64,000 bases of DNA from Alphaproteobacteria bacterium (GTDB taxonomy: Bacteria > Pseudomonadota > Alphaproteobacteria > SHVV01), in the NCBI GenBank assembly GCA_965261735.1, contig OZ253470.1:4000001-4064000 (forward strand), given 5' to 3'. Positions 41,149 through 51,981 of the stretch are shown in pieces (the first letter of the stretch is position 1; each line of letters opens with the position of its first letter). A program made the position numbers and the translations under genes. The notes under the pieces are model-generated. The model did no database searches. It saw only the letters and a list, made by a program, of their open reading frames with translations, and was not told the DNA's origin.

Positions 41149-41418
41149 ATGAACGTCACCCGCCATAAACCAAGCGACCACCAGGCGGGCGCTGCAGAAC
41201 AGGGCTCGTGCGACGCACAGGTTCGGCTCGGCCTGATGTACTCGACAGGTCAAGACGTTGGGCAGGACTACGTGAGCGCCCACAAATGGTTCAATCTCGC
41301 CGCCGTGGGCGGCGATACCCGCGCGTCCGCCTACCGCGCCGAGATCGCCCGCGATATGTCCCAGCAACAGATCGCCCAGGCACAGCGCTTGGCGCGGGAG
41401 TGGAAGCTGCGCCACTAA
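41149..41418 (+). CDS. Small Sel1-repeat protein
   Basis: AQ..LGLMYSTG..V.QDYVSAHKWFNLAA..G...A...R.EIA..MS..QIA.AQR.AREW. Confidence 0.85.
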   Translation: MNVTRHKPSDHQAGAAEQGSCDAQVRLGLMYSTGQDVGQDYVSAHKWFNLAAVGGDTRASAYRAEIARDMSQQQIAQAQRLAREWKLRH

Positions 41419-41484
41419 GCGCTGCCGTTTGCGGGCTGCCCCGCCTCTCGCGCACGGGCCGCTCGCGGGGTTCGCCCGTGCGCC

Positions 41485-42378
41485 CTACAGCTCGCTCGAG
41501 CGCACCACCATCATCTTCTCGATCTGCATGTCGTGCATCGTGTGGTGGATGCCGCCCACGCCGTGCCCTGACTGGCGCAGGCCCGCGAACGGCATCCAGT
41601 CGACGCGGAACGCGGTGTGGTCGTTGACCATGACGGCGCTCGCCTCGAGGCGCCGGTAGGCGCGCAGCGCCACGTCCAGGCTGCGTGTACAGACGGCGGC
41701 CTGGAAGGCGAACGGCAGCGCGTTGGCGCGCGCGATCTCCTCATCGATGTCGCTGTAGGGATAGACGCAGATCACGGGACCGAAGATCTCGGCGAGGCTC
41801 ACCTTTGCGTCGGCGGGCGGATCGTAGAGGACCGTGCACTCGTAGCACGAGTCCGACAGCTTCTTGCCGCCGCTCAGAATCTCCGCGCCTGCGCCCGCGG
41901 CCGCGCTCACCCACTCGTGCACGCGCTCGACCTCGCGATGGCGGATCAGCGGGCCGACCTCGGTCTCGGCCATGGTCGGATCGCCGACGACCATGGCGCG
42001 GCCGCCGTCCGCGAGCCGCACCGCCATGTCGCGGGCGACGCTCTCGTGGACGAACATGCGCTGCACCGAAACGCATACCTGTCCTGCATGATAGAAGCCG
42101 CCCTTGAGTAGTAGGGGTGCGACGTCGTCGAGGTCGGCGTCGGCGGCCACGATCACCGGTGCCGCGCCACCGTGTTCGAGTGCACACCGCGTGCCGGGCG
42201 CGAGCTTCGAGCGCAGATACCAGCCGACGCCGGCGCTGCCGATGAAGCTGAAGAAGGCGACCCTGGGGTCTGTTACCAGCTTCTCGGCCGCCTCGAGATC
42301 GCTCGTCGGGCCCGCCTGGCACCAGGCTTCCGGGAGCCCGGCCTCGCGCAGGATCTGGGCGAGCCTACCGGTCCTCAC
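41485..42378 (-). pseudogene. Aldehyde dehydrogenase, N-terminal part missing
   Basis: SFIGS..VG, LEHGG, GQVCVS, EIFGPV, MPF.G...SG.G are present. The sequence begins at the 'L.EAGLP' helix, about 297 aa versus roughly 450-480 aa for a full ALDH. Confidence 0.8.
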
Positions 42379-42464
42379 GGGTAGGGCCGGCGCGGGTGCA
42401 ATTGACCGTGCGCGGGGGCACTGGGTAAGGTGTGGCCCGTCGATTCCGCAAGGAAAGTATCGTC

Positions 42465-43577
<1,113 letters not shown>

Positions 43578-43583
43578 GCCGCG

Positions 43584-44288
43584 ATGCCGAGTGTCTTCAT
43601 AACCGGGGCGAACCGCGGTCTAGGGCTCGAATTCGCCCGCCAGTATGCCGCCGACGGGTGGCGCGTGGTGGCGACCTGCCGCGAGCCCGAATCGGCCTCA
43701 GGGCTCGCGGGCGTGGCGGGCGACATCGCGATCCACCGGCTCGACGTTGCCGACTTCGCGCGAATCGATGCGCTCGCGGCCGAGCTCGCGGGACAGCCGA
43801 TCGACCTGACTATTCTCAATGCCGGTCTCAACAAGCGGCCCGCCGGGCTCGGCGAAATGGACTACGAGGCTTGGGCCGACATCCTGCGCGTCAACACCAT
43901 GGCGCCGCTCAAGATCGTCGATGCCTTCCTCGACCACATCACGCGAAGCGAGCACAAGCTCGTCGTCGCCATCACGAGCACGCTCGGGAGCATCGGACGG
44001 GTCGCGGCCGATGAGCGCACCTATCTTCTGCGCGGCCCGGTCTATCCCTACCGCACCAGCAAGGCGGCCCTGAACGCCGTCATCAAGATCCTGTCGGTCG
44101 AGCTCGAACCGCGCGGCGTCACCGCCGTTACCGTGAATCCGGGCTGGGTCAGGACCGATATGGGCGGCGCCGACGCGACATTGGCGCCGGCCGAGAGCAT
44201 AACCCCGCTGCGCCAGCTCTTCGCATCGATCACGCGCGCCGACAGCGGAAAGTTCCTTGACTATGACGGCTCGGTCCTGCCGTGGTGA
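43584..44288 (+). CDS. SDR oxidoreductase (C-factor/CsgA-like)
   Basis: TGANRGLG, LNAG, YRTSKAALN, PGWVRTDMGG. Confidence 0.9.
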   Translation: MPSVFITGANRGLGLEFARQYAADGWRVVATCREPESASGLAGVAGDIAIHRLDVADFARIDALAAELAGQPIDLTILNAGLNKRPAGLGEMDYEAWADILRVNTMAPLKIVDAFLDHITRSEHKLVVAITSTLGSIGRVAADERTYLLRGPVYPYRTSKAALNAVIKILSVELEPRGVTAVTVNPGWVRTDMGGADATLAPAESITPLRQLFASITRADSGKFLDYDGSVLPW

Positions 44289-44328
44289 GCGGCGGCGGCG
44301 GGCGACCAACAGGGGAGGGACCCAGGTC

Positions 44329-44724
44329 ATGACGAAAAAGACGGTAGTTCCGGTGGACGCACTCGCGAAGCCTCGCGGCGTCTGGTCCACGGCGATCGTA
44401 TCCGAGCCGCGCCAGCTCGCCTTTATCTGCGGACTCATCGCCCGCAACAAGGACGGTCAACTCGTGGGCAAGGGCGACATGGGGGCGCAGACGCGGCAGG
44501 TGTGCGAGAACCTGAAGGCCGCGGTGGAGGCCACAGGCGGTACCCTCGCCGACCTCGTGCGGGTCGATGTCTACACCACCGACGTGGAGGAGTTTGACAC
44601 CATCCACGCGGTGCGCCGCGAGTACTTCCCCGACGAGCCACCGGTTTCGACCATGGTTGAAATCAGCCGCCTCGTCGACAAGGATGCGCTGATCGAGATC
44701 AACGCCATCGCGGTGCTGCGCTGA
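44329..44724 (+). CDS. RidA/YjgF family enamine/imine deaminase-like protein
   Basis: QT.QV.ENL.A.VEA.GG...D.V, R.EYF...PP.ST.V....L.....LIEI.AIA. Confidence 0.88.
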   Translation: MTKKTVVPVDALAKPRGVWSTAIVSEPRQLAFICGLIARNKDGQLVGKGDMGAQTRQVCENLKAAVEATGGTLADLVRVDVYTTDVEEFDTIHAVRREYFPDEPPVSTMVEISRLVDKDALIEINAIAVLR

Positions 44725-44755
44725 CGGCTCGTGGGCGCGGCGAGGAGGAGCCGAC

Positions 44756-45571
44756 ATGATCACCTATCCCTTTGGCGTTGGCGCGCTCAAGACCCGTGTC
44801 ATCGAGGCAGGCACCGGTGATGCCACGGTCGTTCTGATCCATGGGGTCGCCGCCCGCGCGGACCGCTGGCGCGCCAACCTCGACGTGATCGCCGACGCCG
44901 GCTTCCACTGCTACGCTATCGACATGCCGGGTCACGGCTTCGCCGACAAGAAGCCGGACTTCCCCTACGGCGTACCCGGGTTCGCGGGGTTCGTGGGCGA
45001 GTTCCTCGACGCCATCGGCTGTCAGAAGACCATCCTTGTCGGCACCTCGCTGGGCGGGCATACCTCGGCCATGTTCACGTGCCGCAACCCCGATCGCGTG
45101 CGCGCGCTCGTCCTCGTCGGTGCGACCGGGCTGTTTCGGCTCGGCGAAGAGGCGCGGCTCAACATCAGCAAGCGCATCAAGGACACCGACCGTGACGGTA
45201 TCGCCTCCAAACTGAGCCACGTCGTGCATGACGATACCGCGCTGGTGACCGAGGCCTGGATCGACGAGGAGACCCGCATCAATAACTCGCCGGGCGCCGC
45301 GGCGGCATTCGAGGGTCTGTCGCGCTACTTCGCGACCCGGCTCGACGAGGACGCGGTCGGTGAGGAGCTCGCGAGCCATGCCGGAAGCATTCCGATGCTG
45401 TTGGTCTGGGGCACCGAGGACCGCTCTGTGCCGCTGTCAGTCGGTGAAAAGGCCGCCGAGATTCTCGGCGCGCCATTGAAACGAATGGAGCGCGCGGCGC
45501 ACGCCCCCTATTTCGAGAAACCCGACGAGTTCAACGAGGCGGTCATCGGCTTCCTCAAGGGCCTTGCGTGA
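44756..45571 (+). CDS. Alpha/beta hydrolase (meta-cleavage product hydrolase-like)
   Basis: LIHG, DMPGHG, GTSLGG, WGTED, H.PY.EKPD.FN. Confidence 0.85.
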   Translation: MITYPFGVGALKTRVIEAGTGDATVVLIHGVAARADRWRANLDVIADAGFHCYAIDMPGHGFADKKPDFPYGVPGFAGFVGEFLDAIGCQKTILVGTSLGGHTSAMFTCRNPDRVRALVLVGATGLFRLGEEARLNISKRIKDTDRDGIASKLSHVVHDDTALVTEAWIDEETRINNSPGAAAAFEGLSRYFATRLDEDAVGEELASHAGSIPMLLVWGTEDRSVPLSVGEKAAEILGAPLKRMERAAHAPYFEKPDEFNEAVIGFLKGLA

Positions 45572-46794
45572 CGGGCGAGCCCCGGATTGTCATCGTCGGT
45601 GCCGGCCAGGCCGGCGGCAACGCGGCTTTCGCCCTCAGGGCGGCCGGCTACGAGGGCGCCGTCGTCGTCGTTGGCGAGGAGCCGCACCCTCCTTACGAGC
45701 GCCCGCCGCTGTCGAAAGCCGTCCTGACCCGTGAGCGCGAGGTCGTGACGACTCGCCTCCGACCCGACGAGGCCTACGGCGAGCACGACATCACGCTCCG
45801 GCTCGGGTTGCGCTGCGAGGCCATCGAGCGTACCGCCAAGCGAGTGGTGCTCGCCGATGGCACGCACCTCGCCTACGACAAGTTGATGCTGGCGACGGGT
45901 GCCCGCGTCCGCCGGCTCTCTGTGCCCGGGGTCGAGCTCGAGGGGGTTCACTATCTTCGCGACATCGCCGACTGCGCCGCGATCCGCGGCTCGCTCGAGC
46001 GCGGGCGTCGGGTGGTGGTCGTCGGCGCCGGCTACATCGGCCTCGAGGTCGCCGCGAGCGCGCACAAGATGGGCGCCGAGGTCGTGGTGCTCGAGGTCAC
46101 GAGCCTGCCCATCAACCGCGTCGTGGCGCCGGAGATGAGCCGATACTTTCTCGACCTCCACGCGCGCCACGGAGTCACCATACACACCGGCGTGTCGGTC
46201 GCGGCCATCGAAGGCGAGGGCCGCGTTGCCGCCGTCGTCACGACAGAGGGCGATCGGCTGCCGGCGGACGCCGTCGTGATCGGCGTCGGCATCGTGCCCA
46301 ACGACGAGCTCGCATCGGCCGCGGGACTCGACGTCGAGGACGGCATGGTGGTCGATGAGCTCGGCCGCACGAACGATGCCGACATCTTCGCGGCTGGCGA
46401 TGCGACCCGGCACTTCAACCCGTTCCTCGGCCGCAGCCTGCGCCTCGAATCGTGGCAAAACGCCCAGAACCAAGCGATCGCCGTCGCCAAGGCGATGGTG
46501 GGCGGCGAGGAGGCGTACGCGGAAGTCCCCTGGTTCTGGTCGGATCAGTACGACGTCAACCTGCAGATCGTCGGTGCGCCGCAGCACTGGGATCAGGCGG
46601 TCCGCCGCGACGGCACCGGCGAGGATCAGTTCACGCTGCTCTATCTCGACCGCGGCGTGCTCGTCGCCGCCAACACGATCAACCAGGGCCGCGACATTCG
46701 CCCGAGCCGGCAGCTGATCGCGTCGAAGCGTGCGCTTGATACGGGTGCGCTCGCCGACCCGGCCGTGAAGCTCGGCGATCTCGCTCGCGGCTGA
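45568..46794 (+). CDS. Ferredoxin-NAD(+) reductase (glutathione-reductase type) of a Rieske oxygenase
   Basis: GAGQAG, PYERPPLSK, GAGYIGLE.A, IFAAGD, RLESWQNA, PWFWSDQYD. Confidence 0.92.
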   Translation: MTGEPRIVIVGAGQAGGNAAFALRAAGYEGAVVVVGEEPHPPYERPPLSKAVLTREREVVTTRLRPDEAYGEHDITLRLGLRCEAIERTAKRVVLADGTHLAYDKLMLATGARVRRLSVPGVELEGVHYLRDIADCAAIRGSLERGRRVVVVGAGYIGLEVAASAHKMGAEVVVLEVTSLPINRVVAPEMSRYFLDLHARHGVTIHTGVSVAAIEGEGRVAAVVTTEGDRLPADAVVIGVGIVPNDELASAAGLDVEDGMVVDELGRTNDADIFAAGDATRHFNPFLGRSLRLESWQNAQNQAIAVAKAMVGGEEAYAEVPWFWSDQYDVNLQIVGAPQHWDQAVRRDGTGEDQFTLLYLDRGVLVAANTINQGRDIRPSRQLIASKRALDTGALADPAVKLGDLARG

Positions 46795-46797
46795 TGG

Positions 46798-47121
46798 CTA
46801 GCTGTTGGCGGTGCCGCTGACCAGTACGTCGCCGCCCTCGACCTTGACCGCGTAGGTGGCGATGTCCTCGGTGACGGGAGCCGACAGGGCCTTGCCGGTC
46901 TTGATGTTGAAGCAGCCCTGGTGCAGCGGGCACTCGATGACGTCGCCGTCGAGGTAGCCGTCCGCGAGCGAGGCCAGCTCGTGCGTGCAGATGTCGTGGG
47001 TGGCGAAAAACTCACCATCGAGGTTGTACAGCGTGATCGGCTGTCCATTCACCACCACGCGACGCATGTCGTTGGTCGGGAAGTCCGCTGCTGAGGCCAC
47101 GCGGCGCCAGTCGTCAGCCAT
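46798..47121 (-). CDS. Rieske-type ferredoxin
   Basis: CTH...SLADG......ECPLHQG.F...TG. Confidence 0.93.
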   Translation of the reverse strand: MADDWRRVASAADFPTNDMRRVVVNGQPITLYNLDGEFFATHDICTHELASLADGYLDGDVIECPLHQGCFNIKTGKALSAPVTEDIATYAVKVEGGDVLVSGTANS

Positions 47122-47203
47122 GAGTGTGTCCCGTCGTTAACGCGACGCAGTTTCTCCACCGCCGAGCCATAACAGACTGCATCCGGCTCGGCAAACTGGA
47201 GCC

Positions 47204-47677
47204 CTAGAGCGGCGTCGACAGCAGGTTGGGCACCGCGTAGGTATCGATGGTGACGACCTTCTCCTTGAACTTGGGCTCGCCGTCGACCAGCACGACCTGG
47301 TCGTCGTACTTGCCGGCGCTGAAGAGCTGGGTCTGGCCCTCAAGGTCGGTCTGGAACACGACGAAGTTGGAGACCATGCGGTAGACGCCGTTGTCACCTT
47401 CGAACACGCGCGCGTTGCTCACGATGTGGCGGTCGAAGTGAAGGTTGAAGACGACGGCGTTGCGCAGCACCAATACGCGGTCGTGCAACATGTCCTTGTT
47501 GTCGCAGTAGACGATGGCGAGCGACAGGCCGCGGTCGGTATTCTCGCGCGGCACGATCTTGTACATGCAGTCGTCGACGAAGAAATCCGGCCACTGCTCG
47601 AGGCGGTCGTCATCGATGCATTGCACATAATCATAGAGCAGATTGATGATCTGGTCCGTCACGTCGCCGGCTGCCAT
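47204..47677 (-). CDS. Aromatic ring-hydroxylating oxygenase beta subunit (NagH/AndAd-like)
   Basis: Y..CIDDDRLEQWPDFF..DC.Y.I.PREN, ML.DRV, G.Y.D. Start MAAGDV. Confidence 0.9.
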   Translation of the reverse strand: MAAGDVTDQIINLLYDYVQCIDDDRLEQWPDFFVDDCMYKIVPRENTDRGLSLAIVYCDNKDMLHDRVLVLRNAVVFNLHFDRHIVSNARVFEGDNGVYRMVSNFVVFQTDLEGQTQLFSAGKYDDQVVLVDGEPKFKEKVVTIDTYAVPNLLSTPL

Positions 47678-48942
47678 GCGGCCTTCCCCTTCGTTCGATA
47701 TTCCATGAGGTGGCAGTAGTAGCGCCAGAAGCCGCGCACAGGTACTTCCGTGATCAGGTTCTCCTGATCCTCGATGGCGCCGGTGCCGCCCATCTCGATC
47801 ACCGAGTGCCGGCCGCGCCCGCCCTGGATCACCCGCTGAATGGCCGCGCCCGCTTCGCCGTCCTCGACCGAGACGAGACCGGCCGGGCCGACGAGGTTGG
47901 CCTGGCGGATGCGCATGAGGCGGAGCGCCGGGTCGTCGTCGACGTAGCCGAAATAGGTCCAGTAAAGTTCGAACGCGCCCGACCCCTTGGGGCGAATCTG
48001 TCGCGTCGCGAGCGTGTTGGTGAGGCGCTGGAAGAACACGCTCGGGAACAGCGCCATCATCATGATCGGTCGCCGGTCCCCTTCCTCGTCGCGCCATTCG
48101 ACCAGGGTCGGATCCTCGAGCCTGAGGCTCTCGTTATCGATACCGAGATCGCGCAGGTCCTGGCGTCCCTCCGCTTCGGCGTCGCCTTCGTCGCTGTCGT
48201 CGATGTTGAAAACGATGCGGTGGCGGCCATGGCGGTCCATGATCGAGCCGCCGGCCTGCGTACTGCGCATGATTCCGAAGGTGGTCTGGAACTGGTGCAG
48301 GAGACCCGCATGGTAGGAATCCATGAGGTTCTCGAAATACAGCTTCCAGTTCGCCGGGATATTCTGGCGCATGTAGCCGATGACCTCGACCGGGCGCGCG
48401 AACATGCCGTCGAGGAAGCCGCGCATGGGCTCGTCGAGATACGCCTCGAGCGGCTCGACCGCGTGATCGAAGGACCCGAAGATGACGCCGCGGTAAGCGG
48501 CGACGGTGAGCGTCTGCAGGCCGTGATCCGCGCGGTCGAAGTCCTCGGGCATCCCGCCCTTGCCCTTCAGCCCGCGCTGAAAGGGCACGCCGATCAGGTT
48601 GCCCTCCAGGTCGTAACACCAATGGTGATAGATGCAGGTATGGCTCGTGCGGTTGCCGCAACGCTCGCGAACGAGCTGGGTACCGCGGTGAGCGCAGCGG
48701 TTGGCGAAGGCATGGAGGCTGCCGTCGCCGGCCCGGTTGACAACGATCGGGCTGTCGCCGACGAAGGTCGTGAGAAAATCCCCGGGCTTGGGAATTTCCG
48801 CTTCGAGCGCGAGATAGCACCACACGGGTCCGCGGAAGACGCGCGCCTGCTCCTTGGCATAGACCTCGTCGTCGGCGAACACCCGGTAAGGCACGCGGCT
48901 GAAATCCGGCGCCGGCCATGTCATGGAATCGTGTTCTGCCAT
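47659..48942 (-). CDS. Rieske oxygenase alpha subunit (salicylate hydroxylase NagG / anthranilate dioxygenase AndAc-like)
   Basis: RVPY, NRCAHRG...CIYHHW.Y...G.L.GVPF..G..GKGGMP.DF, NWKLY.EN..D.YHA.LLH, QANLVGPAG.VS.EDG. Confidence 0.92.
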   Translation of the reverse strand: MAEHDSMTWPAPDFSRVPYRVFADDEVYAKEQARVFRGPVWCYLALEAEIPKPGDFLTTFVGDSPIVVNRAGDGSLHAFANRCAHRGTQLVRERCGNRTSHTCIYHHWCYDLEGNLIGVPFQRGLKGKGGMPEDFDRADHGLQTLTVAAYRGVIFGSFDHAVEPLEAYLDEPMRGFLDGMFARPVEVIGYMRQNIPANWKLYFENLMDSYHAGLLHQFQTTFGIMRSTQAGGSIMDRHGRHRIVFNIDDSDEGDAEAEGRQDLRDLGIDNESLRLEDPTLVEWRDEEGDRRPIMMMALFPSVFFQRLTNTLATRQIRPKGSGAFELYWTYFGYVDDDPALRLMRIRQANLVGPAGLVSVEDGEAGAAIQRVIQGGRGRHSVIEMGGTGAIEDQENLITEVPVRGFWRYYCHLMEYRTKGKAAWQPAT

Positions 48943-49423
48943 GGCGTTGTCCGCCCACCTCGTGTATCGGCGTCGTCCTGGCGCGTGACGCCCAGCCCAT
49001 CAAACAGTGGCAATCTGGCGTCGCCCGGTCAAGGCGTTCCTCGGCGGCGCTTCCGCTGCCCGGGTGGTGCCTGCGCTCGGCCATAGGTCGTGGCATCGTC
49101 AGCCCAAAGCGGTGCGATTTCGCGTCTTGTCCGCAAGCCAACTTTGTGTAAACTACGCGCGTCGCCGCCGGGGTGGCCGCGCGGCGGTGCGGCTGGTCGC
49201 GGTAATCGTTAGCGGCGACACGGGCCGGACAGGGAGGTCGGGCGGTTTGTGAGCCGCCGCGGAGGGTGTGCCACAGGTCGCTGTTGTTTTCCGAGTCACG
49301 ATGGGATCAAGTGACGGTCGGCGCGCCCGCGGAGTTTCTTGATTGGCGAGGTGAGGCGGCTTGCGGCGCCAACAAATGGCCGCGGCATCGGAGGGTGCCG
49401 CGTCTTAAGTGGATACGAGCAAA

Positions 49424-50221
49424 ATGACCTCAGTCGAGTCGTCGGTGACCTCAGCCAATGGCCAACACTTCCGTATGGAAGGGATCTCCAAGTCCTTTGG
49501 CGGTCTCGCTGCCCTCACGGACGTCTCGCTCAACATCAAGCAGGGAAGTATCCATGGGCTGATCGGCCCCAACGGCGCCGGTAAGACGACCCTCTTCAAC
49601 GTCATATCGGGCTTGGTCCGCGCCGACAGCGGTACCATGGCGATCGACGGCGAGCGCATCGATCAACTGCGTCCGCACCAGGTCTCGTCCAAGGGGATCG
49701 CGAGATCGTTCCAGGCGGTGCGGGTGTTTCGCAGCCTGTCCATTGTCGAGAACATCGAAGTCGCGAATGCCTCGCACATGAAGGCTTCGCTGGGCGGGAT
49801 ACTGAGCTGCTTCCCGAGTGAGCGGCACGAGCGACAAGTGTTGCGCGAAAGGGCCGAGGAGTTGCTAGCGACTCACGCCGATGGTCAACTCTACCCGCGC
49901 CGATTCGACCGGCCGACGGAACTCTCCACCGGCCAGCAGCGCTTACTCGAAATCATCCGCACCCTCATCAGCGACCCCAAGATCATTCTACTCGATGAGC
50001 CGACCGGCGGCCTCAATCCGGTGTGGATCACCGGCGTGATCGAACTCATCCGCAACATTCGCGATGCCGGCACGACGATTTTTATCATCGAACACAACAT
50101 GCCGGTGGTCATGGACATCGCAGATCAGGTAGCTGTACTTCATTTTGGGCGGGTGTTGGCCGACGGCCCGCCCGACGTCATTCGACGCGACCAGCGCGTG
50201 ATCGACGCTTATCTCGGCTAG
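49424..50221 (+). CDS. HAAT-family ABC ATPase (LivG-like)
   Basis: KSFGGL.AL, GPNGAGKTT.FN, LLDEP..GL, IEH.M, V..AYLG. Confidence 0.9.
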   Translation: MTSVESSVTSANGQHFRMEGISKSFGGLAALTDVSLNIKQGSIHGLIGPNGAGKTTLFNVISGLVRADSGTMAIDGERIDQLRPHQVSSKGIARSFQAVRVFRSLSIVENIEVANASHMKASLGGILSCFPSERHERQVLRERAEELLATHADGQLYPRRFDRPTELSTGQQRLLEIIRTLISDPKIILLDEPTGGLNPVWITGVIELIRNIRDAGTTIFIIEHNMPVVMDIADQVAVLHFGRVLADGPPDVIRRDQRVIDAYLG

Positions 50222-50227
50222 GATGGC

Positions 50228-50986
50228 ATGATGGATCAAGGGTCGGACGAGGCGGTTCTGCGCGTCAAGGACCTTGACGTCTACTACGGCAGAATCCCGG
50301 CCGTGCAGGACGTTTCGCTTGAAGTGCGCAAGCACGAAATCGTCTCACTGCTCGGCCCCAACGGTGCCGGCAAGACGACCGTCCTCAAAGCCATAGTCGG
50401 CCTCCTCAAGCCGCGCAAGGGAACGATCGAATACCGCAAAGGCTCGGAGTGGATCGAGATTCAAAAGATGCCGGTTCACGAGCGCGCGGCCCTCGGCATC
50501 TTCACCGTGGCGGCGGTCGAAAACGTTCTGCCTCGCTTTACGGTCGAGGAAAACTTGCGCGTCGGCGCCTACATGCGCGGCGACAAGGAGGAGATCGAGC
50601 GCGACATCGAAGCCCAGTTCGAACGCTTTCCCATCCTCAAGGAACGCCGTAAGCAGTTGTCCGGCACCCTGAGCGGGGGCGAGCAGAAGATGCTGGCGAT
50701 CGCGCGCGCGCTCATGGGGCACCCCAAGTTCCTGCTCCTCGACGAGCCGTCGCTGGGCCTCGCGGGCAAGATCATGGAGGAAGTGTTCCAGATCATCACC
50801 GCGATCAACCGCGAGGAGGAGCTAGAGGCGCTGCTCGTCGAGCAGAACGTCAAGAAGGGCCTCGAAGTGTCGACACGCGCCTACATCATGCGCATCGGCG
50901 CCATCGATTTCGAGGCGCCGAGCGAAGAGCTGCTTCAGGACAATCGCATCGAGACCGCCTACTTCGGCGGTTCCGTGGAACGTTAA
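50228..50986 (+). CDS. HAAT-family ABC ATPase (LivF-like)
   Basis: GPNGAGKTT, FP.L.ER..Q..GTLSGGEQ.MLAI.RALM, LDEPSLGLA, VEQN. Confidence 0.92.
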   Translation: MMDQGSDEAVLRVKDLDVYYGRIPAVQDVSLEVRKHEIVSLLGPNGAGKTTVLKAIVGLLKPRKGTIEYRKGSEWIEIQKMPVHERAALGIFTVAAVENVLPRFTVEENLRVGAYMRGDKEEIERDIEAQFERFPILKERRKQLSGTLSGGEQKMLAIARALMGHPKFLLLDEPSLGLAGKIMEEVFQIITAINREEELEALLVEQNVKKGLEVSTRAYIMRIGAIDFEAPSEELLQDNRIETAYFGGSVER

Positions 50987-51006
50987 GCGCGGAAAGCGAG
51001 CACACG

Positions 51007-51927
51007 ATGGGTACATTCCTGCAGCAGGTGATCAACGGCCTCACCATCGGTGCGATCTACTCGCTGATCGCGTTGGGCTACAACCTCATCTACGGAATCG
51101 CCAACGTCCTGAGCTTCGCCCACGGGGCGCTGGTCATGGTCGGATCCTACGGCATGCTCTCGGCCCTGATCTATCTCGGCTTTTCGTACCCGCTCGCCAT
51201 TTTCTGCGGGCTCGGCTCGGCGGTGGTGGTCGGCTACTTCGTCGAACGCCTCACGATACGGCCGGTGATTGCGCGCGGCGGTACCTGGGGCGTCATCATC
51301 TCGACCATCGGCGCGGCCCTGTTCATCCAGTTCACCGTGCGGCGCTTTACCAGGGGCCGGCCCGAGCCCTTCCCCGTCCCGTTCGAGCCCTTCTATGTCG
51401 ATCTGCCGTGGGGCGCACGGGTCTCGTCCATGCAGCTCGCCCTCATGGCGTCGGGACTTATCCTGCTGGCGCTGCTATGGGTCATCATCTACCGCACCAA
51501 GCTCGGCACCGCGATCCGCGCGATCGCGCAGAGTCCGGACATCTCGAGCTGCCTCGGCATGAACCGGATGCGCATCCAGTTCTACACCTTCACGATCGCG
51601 TCCCTGATCGCGGGGGCCTCGGGCATTCTCTACAGCGTTTACTATGGCGCGACCTACGTCTTCATGGGCCTCACCCTCGGGTTGAAGGGGCTCGTGGTCA
51701 TGAAGGTCGCCGGCATCGGTCACCTGCCAGGGTGCGTTGCCACCGGGATCATGCTCGGGCTGATCGAGGTGATGGTCGTCGGCTACGGCGATTCGACCTA
51801 CCGCGACTTTGTCGGCTACTCATGGCTGATTCTGGTGTTCATGATCAAACCACAGGGCATGTTCGGTGCGCGCGGGCGTGCGACCTTCGAGATAGGCGCG
51901 TCGGCCGCCGTTCGACCGATGAACTAG
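51007..51927 (+). CDS. HAAT-family ABC permease (LivH-like)
   Basis: QQ.INGL..G.IY.LIALG..LIYG.....FAHG, T.LG.AIRA, KP.G.FG. Confidence 0.9.
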   Translation: MGTFLQQVINGLTIGAIYSLIALGYNLIYGIANVLSFAHGALVMVGSYGMLSALIYLGFSYPLAIFCGLGSAVVVGYFVERLTIRPVIARGGTWGVIISTIGAALFIQFTVRRFTRGRPEPFPVPFEPFYVDLPWGARVSSMQLALMASGLILLALLWVIIYRTKLGTAIRAIAQSPDISSCLGMNRMRIQFYTFTIASLIAGASGILYSVYYGATYVFMGLTLGLKGLVVMKVAGIGHLPGCVATGIMLGLIEVMVVGYGDSTYRDFVGYSWLILVFMIKPQGMFGARGRATFEIGASAAVRPMN

Positions 51928-51981
51928 GATCGCAGCGAGATGCGCACATGCGCCCAGCACGTCGTCGTCAAGGTGTGAACC

